DNA of 64,000 nt from Auanema rhodensis (taxonomy: Eukaryota; Animalia; Nematoda): NCBI GenBank assembly GCA_964057225.1, contig OZ059900.1, forward strand, positions 2,728,001-2,792,000. The letters run 5' to 3'. The position numbers and the translations under genes were made by a program. The notes beneath the pieces were generated by a model, which saw only the letters and a program-made list of their open reading frames with translations, was not told where the DNA came from and searched no databases. This document shows positions 56,201 through 64,000 of this stretch, piece after piece; within the stretch, counting starts at the first letter, position 1; each line of letters opens with the position of its first letter.

Positions 56201-59200
56201 GATCAAAAGCATAGTTTTACTGTCTATGATAACAAAAGTCTTCAAATATACACTAATAATGTGTAAATCACTGAATTTCACTCAAATAGCTTTACTACAC
56301 TAAGTATGGTCGTTTTTATGCCTTTAACACCATATACTCACCGATTTTTGGTACAAAATCTGTAATACTCGTAAATTTTGATCATATTCGTTAAGATTTG
56401 AGAATCAAACATACAATACACAAAATCAGTCTATTTTTATAAGCTTGCACTGATATATATTCATTTTGATCAAAAAAGGTCGAAAATAGAAAGAATTTTT
56501 GAAATTTCCGAGTTTTGAGTCTAATTTGGCTAAATCGCTCATATATATGATCAGAAGCATAGTTTTATTGTCTATGACAACAAAAATCATCAATTAAACG
56601 CTAGTGATGTTTAAATACTGATTTTTGCTCAAATAGCATTACTACACTAAGTATGGTCGTTTTTATGCGTTTAACATCATATACTCACCGATTTTTGGTA
56701 CAAAATCTGTAATACTTGTAAATTTTGATCATATTCGTTAAGATTCGAGAATCAAACATATAATACACGAAATAAGTCTATTTTTACAAGTTTGCACTGA
56801 TATTTATTCATTTTGATCAAAAAAGATCGAAAATAGAAAGAATTTTTGAAATTTCCGAGTTTTGAGTCCAATTTGGCTAAATCGCTCATATATATGATCA
56901 AAAGCATAGTTTTATTGTCTATAACAACAAAAGTCATCAATTAAACGCTAGTGATGTTTTAATACTGAATTTCGCTCAAATAGCATTACTACACTAAGTA
57001 TGGTCGTTTTTATGCCTTTAACACCATATACTCACCGATTTTTGGTACAAAATCTGTAATACTCGTAAATTTTGATCATATTCGTTAAGATTTGAGAATC
57101 AAACATACAATACACAAAATCAGTCTATTTTTATGAGCTTGCACTGATATATATTCATTTTGATCAAAAAAGGTCGAAAATAGAAAGAATTTTTGAATTT
57201 TCCGAGTTTTGAGTCCAATTGGGCTAAATCGCTCATATATATGATCAAAAGCATAGTTTTACTGTCTATGATAACAAAAGTCTTCAAATATACACTAATA
57301 ATGTGTAAATCACTGAATTTCACTCAAATAGCTTTACTACACTAAGTATGGTCGTTTTTATGCCTTTAACACCATATACTCACCGATTTTTGGTACAAAA
57401 TCTGTAATACTCGTAAATTTTGATCATATTCGTTAAGATTTGAGAATCAAACATACAATACACAAAATCAGTCTATTTTTATGAGCTTGCACTGATATAT
57501 ATTCATTTTGATCAAAAAAGGTCGAAAATAGAAAGAATTTTTGAAATTTCCGAGTTTTGAGTCTAATTTGGCTAAATCGCTCATATATATGATCAGAAGC
57601 ATAGTTTTATTGTCTATGACAACAAAAATCATCAATTAAACGCTAGTGATGTTTAAATACTGATTTTTGCTCAAATAGCATTACTACACTAAGTATGGTC
57701 GTTTTTATGCCTTTAACACCATATACTCACCGATTTTTGGTACAAAATCTGTAATACTTGTAAATTTTGATCATATTCGTTAAGATTCGAGAATCAAACA
57801 TATAATACACGAAATAAGTCTATTTTTACAAGTTTGCACTGATATTTATTCATTTTGATCAAAAAAGATCGAAAATAGAAAGAATTTTTGAAATTTCCGA
57901 GTTTTGAGTCCAATTTGGCTAAATCGCTCATATATATGATCAAAAGCATAGTTTTATTGTCTATAACAACAAAAGTCATCAATTAAACGCTAGTGATGTT
58001 TTAATACTGAATTTCGCTCAAATAGCATTACTACACTAAGTATGGTCGTTTTTATGCCTTTAACACCATATACTCACCGATTTTTGGTACAAAATCTGTG
58101 ATACTCGTAAATTTTGATCATATTCGGTGAGATTCGAGAATCAAACACACAATACACGAAATAAGTTTATTTTGACGAGTTTGCACTGATATTTATTCAT
58201 TTTGATCAAAAAAGGTCGAAAATAGAAAGATTTTTTGAAATTTCCGAGTTTTGAGTCTAATTTGGCTAAATCGCTCATATATATGATCAGAAGCATAGAT
58301 GTATTGTCTATGACAACAAAAGTCATTAATTGAACACTAATGATGTTTAAATCACTGAATTTCGCTCAAATAGCATTACTACACTAAGGATGGTCGTTTT
58401 TATGCCTTTAACACCATATACTCACCGATTTTTGGTACAAAATCTGTGATACTCGTAAATTTTGATCACATTCGTTAAGATTCGAGAATCAAACACACAA
58501 TACACGGAATAAGTTCATTTTTACAAGTTTGCACTGATATTTATTCATTTTGATCAAAAAAGGTCGAAAATAGAAAGAATTTTTGAAATTTACGAGTTTT
58601 GAGTCTAATTTGGCTAAATCGCTCATATATATGATCAGAAGCATAGTTTTATTGTCTATGACAACAAAAGTCATTAATTAAACACTAATGATGTTTAAAT
58701 CACTAAATTTCGCTCAAATAGCATTACTACACTAAGTATGGTCGTTTTTATGCCTTTAACACCATATACTCACCGATTTTTGGTACAAAATCTGTAATAC
58801 TTGTAAATTTTGATCATCTTCGTTAAGATTCGAGAATCAAACACAAAATAAACGAAATAAGTCTATTTTTATGAGTTTGCACTGATATTTATTCATTTTG
58901 ATCAAAAAAGGTCGAAAATAGAAAGAATTTTTGAATTTTCCGAGTTTTGAGTCCAATTGGGCTAAATCGCTCATATATATGATCAAAAGCATAGTTTTAC
59001 TGTCTATGATAACAAAAGTCTTCAAATATACACTAATAATGTGTAAATCACTGAATTTCACTCAAATAGCTTTACTACACTAAGTATGGTCGTTTTTATG
59101 CCTTTAACACCATATACTCACCGATTTTTGGTACAAAATCTGTAATACTCGTAAATTTTGATCATATTCGTTAAGATTTGAGAATCAAACATACAATACA

Positions 59201-61203
59201 CAAAATCAGTCTATTTTTATGAGCTTGCACTGATATATATTCATTTTGATCAAAAAAGGTCGAAAATAGAAAGAATTTTTGAAATTTCCGAGTTTTGAGT
59301 CTAATTTGGCTAAATCGCTCATATATATGATCAGAAGCATAGTTTTATTGTCTATGACAACAAAAATCATCAATTAAACGCTAGTGATGTTTAAATACTG
59401 ATTTTTGCTCAAATAGCATTACTACACTAAGTATGGTCGTTTTTATGCGTTTAACATCATATACTCACCGATTTTTGGTACAAAATCTGTAATACTTGTA
59501 AATTTTGATCATATTCGTTAAGATTCGAGAATCAAACATATAATACACGAAATAAGTCTATTTTTACGAGTTTGCACTGATATTTATTCATTTTGATCAA
59601 AAAAGATCGAAAATAGAAAGAATTTTTGAAATTTCCGAGTTTTGAGTCCAATTTGGCTAAATCGCTCATATATATGATCAAAAGCATAGTTTTATTGTCT
59701 ATAACAACAAAAGTCATCAATTAAACGCTAGTGATGTTTTAATACTGAATTTCGCTCAAATAGCATTACTACACTAAGTATGGTCGTTTTTATGCCTTTA
59801 ACACCATATACTCACCGATTTTTATTACAAAATCTGTAATACTCGTAAATTTTGATCATATTCGTTAAGATTTGAGAATCAAACACACAATACACGAAAT
59901 CAGTCTATTTTTATGAGCTTGCACTGATATATATTCATTTTGATCAAAAAAGGTCGAAAATAGAAAGAATTTTTGAATTTTCCGAGTTTTGAGTCCAATT
60001 GGGCTAAATCGCTCATATATATGATCAAAAGCATAGTTTTACTGTCTATGATAACAAAAGTCTTCAAATATACACTAATAATGTGTAAATCACTGAATTT
60101 CACTCAAATAGCTTTACTACACTAAGTATGGTCGTTTTTATGCCTTTAACACCATATACTCACCGATTTTTGGTACAAAATCTGTAATACTCGTAAATTT
60201 TGATCATATTCGTTAAGATTTGAGAATCAAACATACAATACACAAAATCAGTCTATTTTTATGAGCTTGCACTGATATATATTCATTTTGATCAAAAAAG
60301 GTCGAAAATAGAAAGAATTTTTGAAATTTCCGAGTTTTGAGTCTAATTTGGCTAAATCGCTCATATATATGATCAGAAGCATAGTTTTATTGTCTATGAC
60401 AACAAAAATCATCAATTAAACGCTAGTGATGTTTAAATACTGATTTTTGCTCAAATAGCATTACTACACTAAGTATGGTCGTTTTTATGCCTTTAACACC
60501 ATATACTCACCGATTTTTGGTACAAAATCTGTAATACTTGTAAATTTTGATCATATTCGTTAAGATTCGAGAATCAAACATATAATACACGAAATAAGTC
60601 TATTTTTACAAGTTTGCACTGATATTTATTCATTTTGATCAAAAAAGATCGAAAATAGAAAGAATTTTTGAAATTTCCGAGTTTTGAGTCCAATTTGGCT
60701 AAATCGCTCATATATATGATCAAAAGCATAGTTTTATTGTCTATAACAACAAAAGTCATCAATTAAACGCTAGTGATGTTTTAATACTGAATTTCGCTCA
60801 AATAGCATTACTACACTAAGTATGGTCGTTTTTATGCCTTTAACACCATATACTCACCGATTTTTGGTACAAAATCTGTGATACTCGTAAATTTTGATCA
60901 TATTCGGTGAGATTCGAGAATCAAACACACAGTACACGGAATAAGTTTATTTTGACGAGTTTGCACTGATATTTATTCATTTTGATCAAAAAAGGTCGAA
61001 AATAGAAAGATTTTTTGAAATTTCCGAGTTTTGAGTCTAATTTGGCTAAATCGCTCATATATATGATCAGAAGCATAGATGTATTGTCTATGACAACAAA
61101 AGTCATCAATTAAACGCTAGTGATGTTTAAATACTGAATTTCGCTCAAATAGCATTACTACACTAAGGATGGTCGTTTTTATGCCTTTAACACCATATAC
61201 TCA
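53213..61203. repeat. 9-monomer (3128 bp) then 8-monomer (2780 bp) higher-order repeat, ~2.7 copies (domain I derivative: 5-mer plus 3-mer)
   Basis: ORF triplets 53624/56752/59532, 53992/57120/59900, 54666/57794/60574 and 55013/58141/60921. The private marker ATGCGTTTAACATC is at ~53540, ~56668 and ~59448. Confidence 0.92.
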
Positions 61204-64000
61204 CCGATTTTTGGTACAAAATCTGTGATACTCGTAAATTTTGATCATATTCGTTAAGATTCAAGAATCAAACACACAATACACGAAATAAGTTCATTTT
61301 TACAAGTTTGCACTGATATTTATTCATTTTGATCAAAAAAGGTCGAAAATAGAAAGAATTTTTGAAATTTACGAGTTTTGAGTCTAATTTGGCTAAATCG
61401 CTCATATATATGATCAGAAGCATAGTTTTATTGTCTATGACAACAAAAGTCATTAATTAAACACTAATGATGTTTAAATACTGATTTTCGCTCAAATAGC
61501 ATTACTACACTAAGTATGGTCGTTTTTATACCTTCAACACCATATACTCACCGATTTTTGGTACAAAATCTGTGATACTCGTAAATTTTGATCATATTCG
61601 TTAAGATTCGAGAATCAAACACACAATACACGAAATGAGTTTATTTTCACGAGTTTGCACTGATATTTATTCATTTTGATCAAAAAAGGTCGAAAATAGA
61701 AAGAATTTTTGAATTTTCCGAGTTTTGAGTCCAATTGGGCTAAATCGCTCATATATATGATCAAAAGCATAGTTTTACTGTCTATGATAACAAAAGTCTT
61801 CAAATATACACTAGTAATGATTAAATCACTGATTTTCACTCAAATAGCATTACTACACTAAGTATGGTCGTTTTTATGCCTTTAACACCATATACTCACC
61901 GATTTTTGGTACAAAATCTGTAATACTCGTAAATTTTGATCATATTCGTTAAGATTTGAAAATCAAACACATAATACACGAAATAAGTCTATTTTTATGA
62001 GTTTGCACTGATATTTATTCATTTTGATCGAAAAAGGTCGAAAATAGAAAGAATTTTTGAAATTTCCGAGTTTTGAGTCTAATTTGGCTAAATCGCTCAT
62101 ATATATGATCAGAAGCATAGTTTTATTGTCTATGACAACAAAAATCATCAATTAAACGCTAGTGATGTTTAAATACTGATTTTCGCTCAAATAGCATTAC
62201 TACACTAAGTATGGTCGTTTTTATGCCTTTAACACCATATACTCACCGATTTTTGGTACAAAATCTGTAATACTCGTAAATTTTGATCATATTCGTTAAG
62301 ATTTGAGAATCAAACATACAATACACAAAATCAGTCTATTTTTATGAGCTTGCACTGATATATATTCATTTTGATCAAAAAAGGTCGAAAATAGAAAGAA
62401 TTTTTGAAATTTCCGAGTTTTGAGTCTAATTTGGCTAAATCGCTCATATACATGATCAGAAGCATAGTTTCATTGTCTATGACAACAAAAGTCATCAATT
62501 AAACGCTAGTGATGTTTAAATACTGATTTTCGCTCAAATAGCATTACTACACTAAGTATGGTCGTTTTTATGCCTTTAACACCATATACTCACCGATTTT
62601 TGGTACAAAATCTGTAATACTCGTAAATTTTGATCATATTCGTTAAGATTTGAAAATCAAACACACAATAAACAAAATCAGTCTATTTTTATGAGTTTGC
62701 ACTGATATATATTCATTTTGATCAAAAAAGGTCGAAAATAGAAAGAATTTTTGAATTTTCCGAGTTTTGAGTCCAATTGGGCTAAATCGCTCATATATAT
62801 GATCAAAAGCATAGTTTTACTGTCTATGATAACAAAAGTCTTCAAATATACACTAATAATGATTAAATCACTGAATTTCACTCAAATAGCATTACTACAC
62901 TAAGTATGGTCGTTTTTATGCCTTTAACACCATATACTCACCGATTTTTGGTACAAAATCTGTGATACTCGTAAATTTTGATCATATTCGGTGAGATTCG
63001 AGAATCAAACACACAATACACGAAATAAGTTTATTTTTACGAGTTTGCACTGATATTTATTCATTTTGATCAAAAAAGGTCGAAAATAGAAAGAATTTTT
63101 GAAATTTCCGAGTTTTGAGTCTAATTTGGCTAAATCGCTCATATATATGATCAAAAGCATAGTTTTATTGTCTATGACAACAAAAGTCATCAATTAAACG
63201 CTAGTGATGTTTAAATACTGAATTTCGCTCAAATAGCATTACTACACTAAGTATGGTCGTTTTTATGACTTTAACACCATATACTCACCGATTTTTGGTA
63301 CAAAATCTGTAATACTCGTAAATTTTGATCATATTCGTTAAGATTTGAGAATCAAACATACAATACACAAAATCAGTCTATTTTTATGAGCTTGCACTGA
63401 TATATATTCATTTTGATCAAAAAAGGTCGAAAATAGAAAGAATTTTTGAAATTTACGAGTTTTGAGTCTAATTTGGCTAAATCGCTCATATATATGATCA
63501 GAAGCATAGTTTTATTGTCTATGACAACAAAAGTCATTAGTTAAACACTAATGATGTTTAAATCACTAAATTTCGCTCAAATAGCATTACTACACTAAGT
63601 ATGGTCGTTTTTATGCCTTTAACACCATATACTCACCGATTTTTGGTACAAAATCTGTAATACTTGTAAATTTTGATCATATTTGTTAAGATTCGAGAAT
63701 CAAACACATAATACACGAAATAAGTCTATTTTTATGAGTTTGCACTGATATTTATTCATTTTGATCAAAAAAGGTCGAAAATAGAAAGAATTTTTGAATT
63801 TTCCGAGTTTTGAGTCCAATTGGGCTAAATCGCTCATATATATGATCAAAAGCATAGTTTTACTGTCTATGATAACAAAAGTCTTCAAATATACACTAAT
63901 AATGATTTAATCACTGAATTTCACTCAAATAGCATTACTACACTAAGTATGGTCCTTTTTTATGCCTTTAACACCATATACTCACCGATTTTTGGTACAA

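Larger units (their letters stand above)
1..64000. repeat. Tandem satellite DNA array, ~348-bp monomer, 184 complete copies, all in one orientation, continuing past both window edges
   Basis: CCGATTTTTGGTACAAAATC (occasionally with a substitution) recurs at 1, 349, 697, 1044, 1391, 1739 ... 63636, 63985. Mean spacing is 63984/184 = 347.7 bp. Monomers differ only by recurring substitutions and 1-bp indels. No non-satellite sequence was seen. Confidence 0.99.

Noticed and set aside
65-63888. More than 100 near-identical minus-strand ORFs of 61-101 aa (MKFSDL.../MTFVVID...) as a tandem gene family or diversifying protein cassette system
   Set aside because: They are one frame of the satellite unit. 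Many rely on GTG/TTG starts, start and stop positions shift with ordinary satellite variants, many monomers lack the ORF and indels disrupt it. The differences are mostly amino-acid-changing, the K/I/F/L/N-rich composition reflects AT content, and I recognise no domain. Ribo-seq or proteomic evidence would be needed to revive the idea.
1-64000. CRISPR array, integron cassette array or other repeat-spacer system
   Set aside because: There are no unique spacers or cassettes. The whole 348-bp unit is repeated, and no cas, integrase or recombinase gene is present.
1-64000. Transposon insertion, telomeric repeat tract or strand inversion
   Set aside because: Monomer phase is continuous throughout and all ORF copies are on one strand. 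No foreign sequence or TTTAGGG/TTAGG(G) arrays were seen.
1-64000. Pure artefact (rolling-circle concatemer or synthetic repeat)
   Set aside because: Structured, nested, heritable variants and chimeric junctions fit natural satellite evolution rather than random error around one template. Local misassembly of individual duplications cannot be excluded without reads.

Overview
The whole 64 kb window is one uninterrupted, head-to-tail, single-orientation, AT-rich satellite DNA array (monomer 1 is about 29% GC by hand count). It holds 184 complete monomers plus a 16-bp partial. The monomer is about 348 bp, with 347- and 349-bp classes and one 350-bp copy, phased at CCGATTTTTGGTACAAAATC (1, 349, 697, 1044 ... 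63636, 63985). I see no supportable genes, RNA genes, transposon insertions, inversions or CRISPR arrays. Every ORF in the track is the same minus-strand frame of the repeat unit. It resembles eukaryotic centromeric or subtelomeric satellite, and polymorphisms at CG and CHG sites hint at a plant. The structure lies in the order of monomer variants. There are local higher-order repeats (HORs) of 2, 3, 5, 7, 8, 9 and 12-13 monomers, and two alternating variant domains (I: ~1-8 kb and ~47.6-61.5 kb; II: ~9-46 kb and ~62.2-64 kb). Chimeric monomers sit at HOR junctions, and long-range duplications occur at offsets of 9,743, 19,483 and 53,210 bp. The last suggests a ~53-kb (153-monomer) macro-repeat. 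I found no evidence of a novel protein-coding system. All variant typing was done by eye, aided by ORF-track offsets.
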